Part shown: in pieces, positions 14,101-27,764 of the stretch
Layout of the letters: the number at the start of each line of letters is the position of its first letter
Numbering within the stretch: the first letter of the stretch is position 1
Assembly: GCF_001194135.2 (NCBI RefSeq)
Contig: NC_068982.1
Span: 188,757,406 to 188,821,405, forward strand
From: Octopus bimaculoides
Lineage: Eukaryota
Reading direction: 5' to 3'
Length of the DNA: 64,000 nucleotides
Made by a program: the position numbers and the translations under genes
Notes under the pieces: model-generated
Told to the model about the DNA's origin: nothing
The model's input: only the letters and a program-made list of their open reading frames with translations
The model's database searches: none

Positions 14101-17100
14101 CTGATGCCAGTACTGCCTGACTGGCCCACATGCTGGGTGTACAAGCACCCACTACTCTCGGAGTGGTTGGCGTTAGGAAGGGCATCCAGCTGTAGATTGG
14201 AGCCTGGTGCAGGCTTCTGGCTTGCCAGCCTTCAGTCAAACCGTCCAACCCATGCCAGCATTGGAAAGCGGATGTTAAACAACAATGATGATTGTTTGTC
14301 AATGCTTGAATGGGGGTTGACTGGGTTCTTTCCTCCACAATACTTTGTGACCAATCATCTCCTTCAGTCCTCACCACTTAACCCTTTAGCATTCAGATTA
14401 CTCTGTCCAATGTGTTGCTTATTTATTCACACTGTTTTGAATTACACATGCATCATCTTGTAGCTTTGAGATTTTGATGATGTGATTATTAATTTTAAGA
14501 ATGACACTGTAGGATCGGTATGAGAGGCCTGATCTGGTTGGGTTGAACATAATACAGAGAGAATATTTGGGCCTGATATGGTTGGTTTGAAAACTAACGG
14601 TTTCATCTCCATATTTTCTATAATTCCTTTATTGTACTGTTCTAATCACATGGTGCATTCAACATGTATTCATAAATCTGACATCCTTCACATGCATTAG
14701 TATTACTCTTTCTTACTAGTGCAGTTTTTTCTCCTGCTCTACATCCATATCTGGCTTTTCTCTTTTGGCTTATTTGTGCTTTGTTTGCTTAAACACTTCA
14801 CACCCAGCAAAGCATGCTGGGTTCATTTCCGTCCAAACTCTTCAAACTCTCTGCAACGAAGACCCATATCTTACAACCATGTAGCATTGCGCTTCTTAAA
14901 CAAATGTCATACATTATTTACATTTGATGGATATTTGTCCTCATCTTGTTTGTTGTTAACACAACGTTTCGGTTGATATACCCTCCAGCCTTCATCAGGT
15001 GTCTTGGGGAAATTTCAAACCTGGGTTCTCATTCTTAAGGTATTTTTTGATGTTATTATTATTATTATCCAGGTCACTGCCTGGAATCGAACTTGGAATC
15101 TTGGCGTAGTGGTTAAGAGCACAAGCTACTAACCCCAAAATTCTGAGTTTGATTCCAGGCAGTGACCTGAATAATAATAACATCAAAAAATACCTTAGGA
15201 ATAAGAACCCAAGTTCGAAATATCCCCAAGACCCCTGATGAAGGCTGGAGGGTATATCAACTGAAATGTTGTGTTAACAACAAACAAGATGAGGACAAAT
15301 ATCCGTCAAATGTAAATAAATTCCTCATCTCTTAAATATAGAACTGAAATATCATACAATCCACCCTTAACTCTGACATGGACATCGTTTGTTACCAGCA
15401 GAAGCAATAGAATAACTCTCTAAACATTTTGCACCCTTTTTTAAATTCCCGGTACAACACTCTGGGAACAAAACTATCAACTGCCTGAGTTTTTTTTAAC
15501 ATTTGAAAGAAATTATCTTGTATGTACTCTTACTACTCACTGCATCTCCTACATTTGATGTCCACCTTCCCTGTTGCTGCCTCTGTGTGTGTAGTGACAG
15601 AAGCACTAATAATACCAAAAGGTAATATTTATCTCCCACTTAAAAGTTTATGTTGTGTTAGAACAGAGTACTGAATTCTTTACCATGAGAGAACCTCTCA
15701 TATGGACTTGTGGTGCATATAAGCACTTGTGTTGATATTGCTGATGGGTAATAATTGTCTGCCATGGTTGAGATAAACACAGTGTTCATATACACTACAA
15801 GTCCATATGAGAGGTTCTCTCATGGTAAATAACGCAGTATTACGTGTTCTAACACAACGTAAACTTTTATATATTATCTTATAAGGTGTAACTCCTTGAC
15901 GTATCATTATGTAATGTCTGACTATGAGGAAATATTTCTTTGCTTTGAAACGGGTGAGAATTGGCAACAGAAAGGGCATCCGGCCATACAAAATTCGCCT
16001 CAATAAACTTTATCAGAGCCGTGCAAGCATGGAGAAGTAGACATTAAAACGATGATAATTAGTTTTCTAAAAAGTTGCTTTGTACAGTAGTGTTTGCATA
16101 AGGACACGATTATTGATGTCTGCTGGTTGGCTGGTCATAACATGTTGAAGTGGAAGAGGAGGAAAGGGTCTGTGAAGGACAGTGGAGGGAGTTGTTAGTG
16201 TATATGTAGAGAGAGGGGGGGAGGGAGAACAACTGTTTGTGGTTTATGGATCTAATAACCTGACTAGGGGGGGGGGGGGGGGNNNNNNNNNNNNNNNNNN
16301 NNNNNNNNNNNNNNNNNNNNNNNNNNNNNNNNNNNNNNNNNNNGGGGGGGGGGGGGGTGAGGACAAATTTTACATTTGTGAATGAAGAGATGCTAAAGCT
16401 GATGCATTATCATCATCATAATTTAACATTGGTATTCCATGCTGGCGTGGACTGGACAGTTTGACAGGAGCTGGCAAGCTAGAGGGCCACACCAGAAAAA
16501 TGTAGAACATTCTTGAATAAACAACTAAACCATTATATTAAGGAGGAATTCTTAAGATTTTTGAGTTAATCACTAAATATTCAATTATTACAATCAAATT
16601 AGGGAAAACACACTTAAGTAATTGACTATTTAAATCAGGAATTTAGTTCTTATTAATTATTAAACCATTGCCTTGGCCGTTGAGTGCAAGCATGGCCGTG
16701 GGGTGCAAGAATGGCTGTAGGTTGAAGTAGTTTAATTGCCACTGACATGGTTTTGGGTTCTGCTCTATCATATTGCACCTTGGCCAAGTGTCTTCTACTA
16801 CAGCCCTGAGCTGACCAAAGCCCTTTGAGTTGGTTTCATAGACAGAAACTGAAAGAAGCCTGTGTGTGTGTGTGTGTGTGTGTGTCTCAACATCACTTGA
16901 TGGTTATGAGTATCACCATCATACGAGCAGTGTCATTTGCTGCTCAACGGCCATAGAAAATCTGTCTCAAAGGAAAAGATGACATTAAAACATCATAATG
17001 TTTTCATGTGCTGAACCAGTGTTGAACCTGATGGACATTTTGTTCATAGGAGAGATAAACAGTGCCAAATGGTGTCAAGCAAATATGCAAGGCTACACAC

Positions 17101-18027
17101 ACACTTCATGTGTATGTGTTTACTAGAAATTATATTCATTATCATGAAGTATATTTGCCACCTAAATGTGGTTAACCCTTAAAGGTTGATGCTATTGTAG
17201 CTTGTAGCCCCAGGAAGACACCTCCTCCAGCTGGCTATTGACACACTTTCTGTGTCCTAGCAGTATTTGCAAAGGGAAGTCAGCCTTCCCATCTCCAGCC
17301 TGACATGATACACATGGACCCGAGTTTCTGGGTATTGATCGGTCATCAATGTGTGACAACCACCAGATCAATATTAAGGTGATGAACTGGAAGAGTCATT
17401 ACCACATGAGTCAAAATGCTTCATGGCATTTTATTCGTTTTTACATTCTGAGTTTGAATTCTACCAAAGTTGATTCTGCCTTTCATCTTGGGGGTGGGGT
17501 TTCAATAAAATAAATCCCAGCAGAACATTGGGGAGGGGGTTTCAATGATTTCTCATCCACACAGTCACATGTGCGCATGCACACACACAGCCACACAAAC
17601 TTGTATATCAAGCAGCTCTGCTAGATTATTTCCAAAAATGTGAAGAATTCTATATTGTCACTAAACTATCTCCTCCAATGTAGACTGACCAGAAGAAAAA
17701 ATAAAAATAAATAAATAATAGAGCGAAAGAAAAAAAAAGGAAAATAAATAAAACAAGGCAAAATTTTTAAGAATAAAACTCACTTTTTCTTGCTGGTTGG
17801 TTGTACAGCGTTGGCAAGTAAAGTTTTATATTCATCAGAACGAAGGAATCGTGCATAACTGTCCTTCTTCATGAGAGTATAGATATGACTTTGTGCAGGG
17901 TCGAATGTATATCTGCAAAATAAAAACAAAAGGACATCACTATTGTTAGAGTGTTCTTCTCCTTTCTACAAACACACAAACTTGTCCAATCAACATGAAT
18001 GTCACTGTACACGCCAAAAATCATCAT

Positions 18028-18059
<32 letters not shown>

Positions 18060-21000
18060 TTGTCATTTTGCATCAGTCACGGGTAGTTGCTTGCTGTTGG
18101 TGAATGATAATGTATTTCTAGGGCTGCATGTAGACGTAATTAACACTCGGCATTGTTTAACGTCCGTTTTCCATGCTGGTATGGGTTGGATGGTTCGACT
18201 GGGGTCTGGAAAGCCAGGAGGCTGCACCAGGCACCAGTCTGATCTGATCTGGCAATGTTTCTACAGATGGATGCCCTTCCTAATGCCAACCACTCCAAGA
18301 GTGTAGTGGGTGCTTTTTACATGCTGCTGGCACAGGGGCGAGAGGGGGCTGGCATCGACCATGATTGGATGGTGCTTTTTACGTGCCACTGGCATGGGAG
18401 CCAGTCAAGGCGGTGCTGGCATCGGCCATGTTCAGATGGTGCTTTTTACGTGCCACTGACGCAGAAGCCAGTCGGGACGAGAGAGCTGGCATCAGCCACA
18501 TTTGGATGGTGCTTTTTATGTGCCATGGCACGGGGACCACAACTACAATTTCCATTTGATTTGATTTTGATGTACTTGACTCAATAGGTCTCCTCAAGCA
18601 CGGCATGTCACCCTATGATCCAAGGTACTTTTGAGTGGGCTGGTTATGCGACACTGGTGTAGGTTACAGCTGTGATCTCACTTTATTTGCTGGCTCCACA
18701 ATATTAATTCACTGCACATAACATCTCCCATGTTGGTCCTTTCACAAAAACAGTGACAATTACACACTGGGAGAGACATACCACTGGGATGTACAGTGAT
18801 TCAACTGATATAGCAATCCATGGTTGGCCCCTCTCAACTGGAAAACTCACTCACTAAATTTGTGGTGACAAAATCTCTCTCTTCTCTCTGTCATTGGTGA
18901 ATGAGAATGGAGATGTTGAGCAGCTGCCTCACCTTCTGTGATTCCCACCAAGAACCACCTTTATTTAAGGCCCAATGAGAAAGTTCTAGAAAGGTGAATC
19001 ACACAATGGCCTGACACTGATTGGTCAGTTAATCTGCTGATCATATGAAACAAAAGTGGTCTCCTTGTGGTGTCTGCTCAGCTATCTAGTAATCTGGTTT
19101 CAAATTCGCTATGCATCCATGCCCACACTGACAATGGGTTGTCATGGTTGGAGTCAGCATATATTTGGTGGCATAACTCGCCTAGATGAGTCAGAAGAGA
19201 TCCACATCTTGTACATATATTTTTAATGTTTGGCCTGGTGTCTAAGGCTGAATGCCCTTCCTAGCATCAACCATTTCACAGAGTGTATTGGGACCTTTGT
19301 TTTTGTTTGTGGCACCAACACTGGGGAGGTAACATCTTCGACAAAACTAAAGGGATCTCATGATCCTTTATAATAAAAACAGTTTTACATTAATCTGTCT
19401 TACTCTATACTTTTGAAGAGTACAAATTTGTTATTTTTTAACAAGAATATTATCGACAGTGGCTTAGAAGTTTTGGCTGGCTAAGCCATCATCAGACAAC
19501 ACAATGATGGCTTAGCTGTCTGAAACTACAAAGTCATTACCAATATTATTCTTGTGTGTGTGTGTGTGTTTAAGATCGATCATGAGGTTACAGAATGCAT
19601 ATGTATATGTGTGTGGAGAGAGAGAGAGAGGGAAAACAGGTATGATAAAATGGTTAAGCAGTTTTCAATCATGGGTTGCTTTGTTCAATCTCCCTTCACA
19701 AACGTTTAGGAAATGGTATTCTCCCTCTCTCTCTCTCGGTGTAGCTGTGTGGTAAGAAGTTTGTGTCCCACTGCATGGCACCTTAAGCAAGTGCCTTCTA
19801 TAACTTTGGGCTTGCCAAAGCCTTGTGAATGGATTTGATAGAAGAAAACTGAAAGAAATTTGTCATGTATGTATATAAATATATATATACATACACACGG
19901 CTTTATCTTATTCTGTCTAATATATATATGTGTGCATGTTTCTGTGTTTGACCCCCACCCCCACTTGACAACCAATGTCAGTGTGTTTATGTCTCTGTAA
20001 CTTAGTGGTTCAGCAAAGGAGACCAATAGAATAAGTACCAGGCTTAAATTAAAAATAATAAATTATAGACAAATATTCTTGCTACAGTTCCATCATCTCT
20101 TTCTAAAGAAGTTTGGCTTTGCTGGTAACCGAGATTCTTATAAGTTTGGGTATGTGTGTGTGTGTGATTCTGGTGGGAATTTTAGAGCTTGTGAGTGGCC
20201 AGCTGTTTGTAAAGTTTCTGGTTTTCTTAGTCATCTTTTGGGCAATCTATCACCTTTTAAATTTTAAGGTAGTCATGGCAGAATTGTATGTATTATGGGG
20301 CTGTCCTTTTTCTCCAAAGTGTGCGCTTCATTACATGTTTTGTGTGGAGACACTGAAAAAGGCACTTAAAACTGTGTACACCCACTGACTGCATGACTGA
20401 ACGAAGTCTACTGACATCATTTCAGCTTCATGGCTGAGTGGTTCACAGTAGGAAGGGACCACAGCTGTTAGAAGCAATATATTTCTTCCAACAACTTATT
20501 CATGAAAACACACACACACACACGTATGAGTGTGTCTATCTAGATCCTTTATCTTGTTTGTCATTGGACTGCAGTCATGCTGGAGCACCACCTTAAAGGC
20601 TTTAGTCTAAGAGTCATCATGTGATGTCAAGAGTAAATATACATACACACAGCACCTTTTATGTTTTAATTGTTTCAGCCATTAGACTTTGGCCATGCTG
20701 CAGCACTGCATCGAAGAATTTTTAGTAGAATGAATCGATCCCCAGTACTTTATTTTTTTAAAATCCTGGTACTTACACTATTGGTTTCTTTTGCCAAACC
20801 ACTAAGTTATGGAGACATAAACACACCAACACTCGTTGTCAAGTGATGGTGGTGGGGAAAAAATACAGACAGACATACACATACACACATGCATGCTTCT
20901 TTCAGTTTCTGTCTACCAGTTGAAGACACTTGCCCAAGGTGCCATGCAGTGGGACTGAACCTGGAACCATATGGTTGGGAAGCAAACCTCTCATTACACA

Positions 21001-22447
21001 GCCACACCTGTGCCTGTAACAAGCTTCTTTCAGTTTCCATCCACAAAATCTGCTTACAAACTTTTGGTCAATCTGGGTCTTTAGAAGACACTTGCCCAAG
21101 GTACTGAGCAGTGGGTCTGAACCCAAGACCAAATGGCTGGAAGTAAGCTTCTTAATCACACAGCCAAATCTGTGCTTACAAGCCATACCTGCATCTATAC
21201 TGTTTATGCTAATTAGGTGGTTGTGTAGTAAGAATTTTGCTTCTCAACCATATGGTCCCAGGTTCACTCCCAATATGTGCCACTTTGGGCAAGTGTTTTC
21301 TACTATAAACTTGTGAGTGTATTTGGTAGACAGAAACTGAAAAAAGCCTGTTGTTTGTATATGTGTGTGTGTCATTGTTCCCCCCCCCCNNNNNNNNNNN
21401 NNNNNNNNNNNNCGCTTGACAACTGGTGTTGGTGTGTTTGCATCCCATAACTTAGTGGTTTGGGAAAAAAGACAAACAATAAGTACCAGGCTTTACAAAA
21501 AATTTTTTACTTATTTAATTGAAAATTCTTCAAGGTGGTGCCCCAGCATGGCTGCAGTCTAATGAATGAAACAAAAGATATAAAACTCACCTGGATAGCT
21601 TCTTCTTGAGGTTTGCTTGCACTTCCTCCATTGTCTTACAATCAATGTTTATCTCACAGCGAGCACCACGTTCCAGAAAGTCTTCATAGATTTTCTCGAC
21701 CTGACTTGCCACTTGAGACTGTGCACAGGACTTGAGGGTTTTACAGGCCAGCCAGAAGTGGATGTTTTCATGGCTAAACTCTTTCCTGAGAAACGATTCA
21801 AAGCAGACGAGTCCAGCTCTGTCCGAGAGTAATTCATGTAAGCCAAAGCTCCACATCTTAACCCGTTTTTCAGTTGGTTGATCACTACGGCAACAAAAAC
21901 GAAAAAACAAACAAGTTATATATGGTGTGCCCTGGTGGCCAGTAATTTGCAAGGGAGATAATCATTTCTAGATAAATCTCAGCAGAATAAGAAATTTGAA
22001 TTTTAAATGAAAGACCAGGGAAGAAGATGCATAGAACCAATAATGATCCTGATAGACTTTTATTTATCACAATCTAATTAGAAGGAAACAAAGAAACAGA
22101 AAAAAACATAGTGTTGGGGGTGGGGAATTAAGCAGTAGGAGGAAGTAATGGGCTGCACACCCCAGAATAAATGGTATGTTCAGCCAGGCTTCATGGTTAC
22201 ACAACTGCAATGGCATTGCCAGTGGCTCTCACTGCAGTAGCCACTCCATAGAATATATTTAATGTTTCTTTTTTTGCTTATTTATTATGAAGATCTTTAA
22301 ATTTCTAGTCATAAATAATCATGTATAGCACCATGACATAATTTAAGGCAAATAAGTTAAACTAAATCAAATATTTTACAAAGCATGACATTTCTTATAA
22401 ATGACAAACAATTAGTTTAGAAGACATTCATGAAATAATAAAAATCA

Positions 22448-22489
<42 letters not shown>

Positions 22490-25400
22490 GGGAAGGACGA
22501 ATATAAAAGGATTGATGACTTGTTGGATGTGATTTTACTGAAGCAACTTTCAGTGCAAAAGAGTCTGGCAATCAGGTGATTATATCACAAATGTTTAGGA
22601 TCAATATGCAAGGCTGGAAGAATGAAAAGAGTGTTTGAAACTTTTACTTTATCAAATTTCTGTTGAAATATGCTGCCTTTGTTTCATTTAATTTTGAAAA
22701 TAATGAATCAAGAAAAATAACTTTGTTGTTATTAACCTGGTGTTTGGAACATAAATTATCATGGAATTTTGAAAGAGGGTTTTAATTTAGATCACTTTAA
22801 TACTTTTGTTATCAAATTTCTATTTTAATTTGGATCACTTAAACTGAAAGTTTATATCATTGAACCAAAGGCTGTTTTAAGCAGGTTCGTATTGTCACCT
22901 GTTGTTTGTTGCATGAGTTGAGCTGGCCAATGAGGATATAATTAGTTAGTTGGCTGCATGAATACTAATTGAAGCAAACCACGAACATTTGACTACATCT
23001 TTATTGCCGGACATAAAGATATTTGGTGTTGGCTATTTACAACGAACTGCATAAATGTTTGTTGACTGGGAGAGAGAGAGAGAGAAACTGTGCCGCATCT
23101 GTAGAAGTTATTTAGGAGACATTATGTGAATGTTTAGGTTTAGTTCCGTCTGTCTAAGAACCTGGAGTTGTCTGTACAAATGTCTGGATCCACCTGGTGG
23201 TAAGAGTGGTGGAACATATTGCACAGCCACCTTCAACACTCTGTGATTAATTGAGCAGCAAAACAGTCTTTTATAAGATACAAGAAAGAACATTCTAGAA
23301 AACCACATCATGTCACAGCTTCATGCTGATTGGTCATCTAATCACTAAGATGGTTTGAATTTGGTGTCTGACTGATTATCTAGCATTTGAGGTTTCAAAT
23401 CACCACCACAGTATCAAAAGAGTTAATCTTAGGTCTGTAACCTGTGAACATAATTATTCTCATTTGATTGGCTCTGCTATCAATTAGCCTCAATATCATC
23501 TAACCTTCATTACATGCCTTACATAATTTTTAATTACTCCTCCTTTGTGTTTCTTTCTAATTAGAAGTCACTCTCTCAACGAAGCACCAACACATTGGTA
23601 ATCAGTGTCACAAAAAGAGCCCTGAATACACTCTGCAAAGTGGCCACCCAGTGGCAGAAACCATTCCAAAATAGACACAGGGGCATGATGCAGTCTTTGG
23701 ATCCATCAGATCCTGTCAAACCATCCCGATTATGCCAGCATGGAAGAGGAATGTGAAAAATGATGTGAGTAAGCATGAAATTTTACATAAATGATAGCAG
23801 GTTCATTCCCACTGTGGAGTGGTTCTCAACCATTTTTTTTTACCTATGAACCCCCTTTAGTTCTTATTGTACTTGGTCGTGGTGGTGGTGGGGTTGAGAC
23901 TTGTAACCATTCAATATCTAGAAAATTCCTATTATATTTTCATGATTAAATATTATTAGGAATTGCATAAAAGACTGTCTAAATATTTTGTGTTTTGTAG
24001 AAATATAATCAGTTTATTAAGGCGCAAGAGTGGCTGTGTGGTAAGAAGCTTGCTTACCAACCACATGGTTCCAGGTTCAGTCCCACTGTGTGGCACCTCA
24101 GGCAAGTGTCTTCTACTATAGCCTCGGGCCAATCAAAGCCTTGTGAGTGGATTTGGTAGACAGAAACTGTAAGAAGCCCATCGTATATATATATATATAT
24201 ATTGTGTGTGTGTGTACATGTTTGTGTGTCTGTGTTTGTCTCTCCCACCATCACTTGACAACCAGTGCTGGTGTGTTAACATCTCCGTAACTTAGCAGTT
24301 TGGCAAAAGAGATCGATAGAATAAGTACTAGGCTTACAAAGAATAAGTCCTGGGGTCGATTTGCTCAACTAAAGGTGGTGCTCCACCATGGCCACAGTCA
24401 AATGACTGAAACAAGTAAAAGAAGAAAAAAAGTTTATTGCAGATAAATTTTAAATATTAAATGGAGCCGTCCCCAAGGGCCATATGGCCCGTTGTTGGGA
24501 ACCACTAGTGTAGAACCTTGGGCAAGTGTTGTCTATCATAATCTCAATCAATACTTGTGTGTGAAATCTGGCAGAGACAGTGCAGAAATCCCTTGTATTG
24601 ACAAAGAGCACAAAGGATTTAATGGATAAAGTTGCAAACATTGAACTGAGAAGTCTGCAGCCTTATATGGTGCTGCCTACGACAACTCTCAAAAGACCTT
24701 GTCTACTTAGATGTTTGTATGTACTGAGTGAAATTATTCCTGTAAGAATTATGTTCTGCTTAAGAAGAAGACCCATCAAGCCGAGCAAAATTGCAGTCGT
24801 GGCAGATACTGGTGTTACGCAAATTGTCCCCGTGCCGGTGGCATGTAAATGTATCTCGGAAATGTCATGGAAATGGCACTTGTGCTGGTAGAATGTAAAA
24901 GCACCCATTATGCTCTCAGAGTGGTTGGCATTAGGAATGGCATCCAGCTGTATAAAGCCATGCCAAATCAGACTGGAGTCTGGTGCAGCCTTCCAGTTTA
25001 CCAGCCCTGGTCATATCGTCCAACCCATGCCATTATGGACAATGGACGTTTGATGATAATGATAAAGAAGAAGAAGGAAAAAAAACTTCAGAGTAAGATG
25101 AAGGGAAAACCATGTCAGAAATGTATGAGGAAAACTTTGTGGATATTCCACAGGATCAGCAGAAGTTAGGTTTAGCTTGAGATTTACTCTCTCAAATATT
25201 CTTTTACTTGTTTCAGTCATTAGACTGCAGCCATGCTGGGGCACCACCTCTTTTGAATAATTTAAGATAACTCACCAGTTTGAGCTTGCTGTCCAGGCTG
25301 TGGTATCATCAGTAATCCATGGATTGGATGGATGAGGAGGACAGAAGAATGGATCAAAATCATGATATTGCTCTACCCGATTCTGATAGCTGTAAAATAG

Positions 25401-26023
25401 AAGAACAATCTCATTAATTCTATAAAAAAAAACCAATATTCCACTGATTGATAAATGATATCAAATGTATAGATCGGTAGATTCCGTTTACCTTAACCTC
25501 TTATATATTTTGACTTTTTGATAGAAACAGTTTTTATTCTGCCTCTTTCTCTACTCCAACCCCTATTGAGGGGTCATTTTTGTTTGTCTTGACTGTGGTC
25601 ATGCTGGAGCATGATGCAGCCCTTGGACCCATTGAGTCCTGTCAAACTGTGCAACCCATGGCAACAGGGAAGACAGACCTCCAATGATCATCAGGTATTG
25701 AGGTTTTTAAAGACAAGTCGTTTAGACTGGAATGATGACTACAAGTATTGCTAGAACAACAATGTTGAAATGAAATCTCAATGGGAAACACGTGTGTTTA
25801 TTAGAATTTCATTACTTCAACAACCACCACCACCATCATCATCATGACAACTATCATCATCATCACCACCATCAGGCGTGGCTGTGCAGTAAGAAGGTTA
25901 CTTTTCAACCTCATGCTTCCAGGTTCAATCCCACTGTATGGCTGCCTAGGCATGTCTTCTACTATAGCCTTGGGCTGACCAAAGCCTTGTGAGTGGATTG
26001 GGTAGATGGAAACTGAAAGAAGC

Positions 26024-26058
<35 letters not shown>

Positions 26059-27678
26059 NNNNNNNNNNNNNNNNNNNNNNNNNNNNNNNNNNNNNNNNNN
26101 NNNNNNNNNTATATAATGTATGTGTGTCTTTATGTCTGTGCCCCACAAGTGCTTGACAACTGGTGTTGTTGGCGTGTTTTTGTCTCTAACTTAGTGATTC
26201 AGCAAAAGAGGCCGATAGAATAAGTACCATGCTTTACAAAAAGTACCAGAGTAAAATTCCTCAAGGCAGTGCTCCAGCATGGCCACAGACTAACGACTGA
26301 AACGAGTAAAAAATAAAAGATTCCCATCACACAAACCATCATCATCATCACCACCATTGTGCCATCGTACAACTGTCACCTGCGACCCCTACCAGCACAT
26401 TAAAATCATGACGGCGATGATGATGATGCCATTATTTATTAGTGCTAACAGCTTCAGGGATCCTGTCCTCTTTATTTCTGACACACCCATAAAACTACTT
26501 CAACCAATATTATCAGATCTCCAGAGGAGATTTGAATGTATTTCTTGTTGTTGCTGACATCATCATCATCATCATCACTGTCATTGTTATTCTTGTCTTA
26601 ACACACTTTATTCCTCCCCAACCGGATCATGAATTAAACTCGTCTGCCATTCACCATAACGTCACTCATCCCAATCCCATGACTTAACCATTTCCTGGTG
26701 GATCCACTCACAGCACACAAAACCCATTTCACCTGTCATCCATCTTCAATTTAAGTCACGCATGCAACTATCAATGGAGTTGTCTTGACCAAGATCTTTA
26801 ACCCATTAAGTCCCACTGCCCTATAAATAGGACACTAAATGAAAACATTAAATAAGCTATATCACATTGTCTCCGTGTCCTATTCATAGGACACTGAGTA
26901 TTTCCATTTCTGCTTGAAGTAAAGGGAGATTTAATTATTATTTTTTTCATTTTAACCTATTTTCAATCATTTGTAAAAATTTTGAAGTAATATTCAGAAA
27001 TTTAAGAACTCTGGGACTGAATGGGTTAATATCCAACTATTCTGTTTTTAATATTTAATTTGACTGCAGCCATACTGGAGCACTGCCTTTAGTCAAAGAA
27101 ATCAACCCCTGGACTTATTCTATTGGTCTCTTTTGCTGAACTGTTAAGTTATGAGGATGTAAACACACCAACATTGGTTGTCAAGCAATGGGGGGGGGGG
27201 ATAAATGCAGACACAAACCTATTCATATATATATATATATATATATANNNNNNNNNNGCGTGTGTGATGGGCTTCTTTCAGTTTCCATCTACCAAATCCA
27301 CTCACAAGGCTTTGGTCAGCCCAAGGCTATAGTAGAAGACACTTGCTCAAGGTACCACACAGTGGGACTGAACCTGGAACCATGTGGTTAGGAAGCAAGA
27401 CTTCTTACCACACAGCCATGCCTGTGCCTGGATGTATAGAAATAAATGTTTTACACACCCACCTTACCTTGTATGCCAGCAAATGTTTGCCCTGGTGTCA
27501 CAATGGATGTTTTTATATAACTATATAACAGATATATATACGTGCATACAGCATTGTTTATTTATATCTAGGTTTACATGAACTGTTATGTATACAAAAA
27601 TATCAACCCAGAAATGAGTATATATATTTATATAATTACATCACACACGCATGTACTTTATACATTGTCATAATTAAG

Positions 27679-27764
<86 letters not shown>

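Noticed and set aside
23108-23311. Minus-strand [29 protein letters not shown] in the GGL-RGS intron
   Set aside because: The flanking exons already join seamlessly (SSN-C-DQPT), no clear donor is present, and there is no homology.
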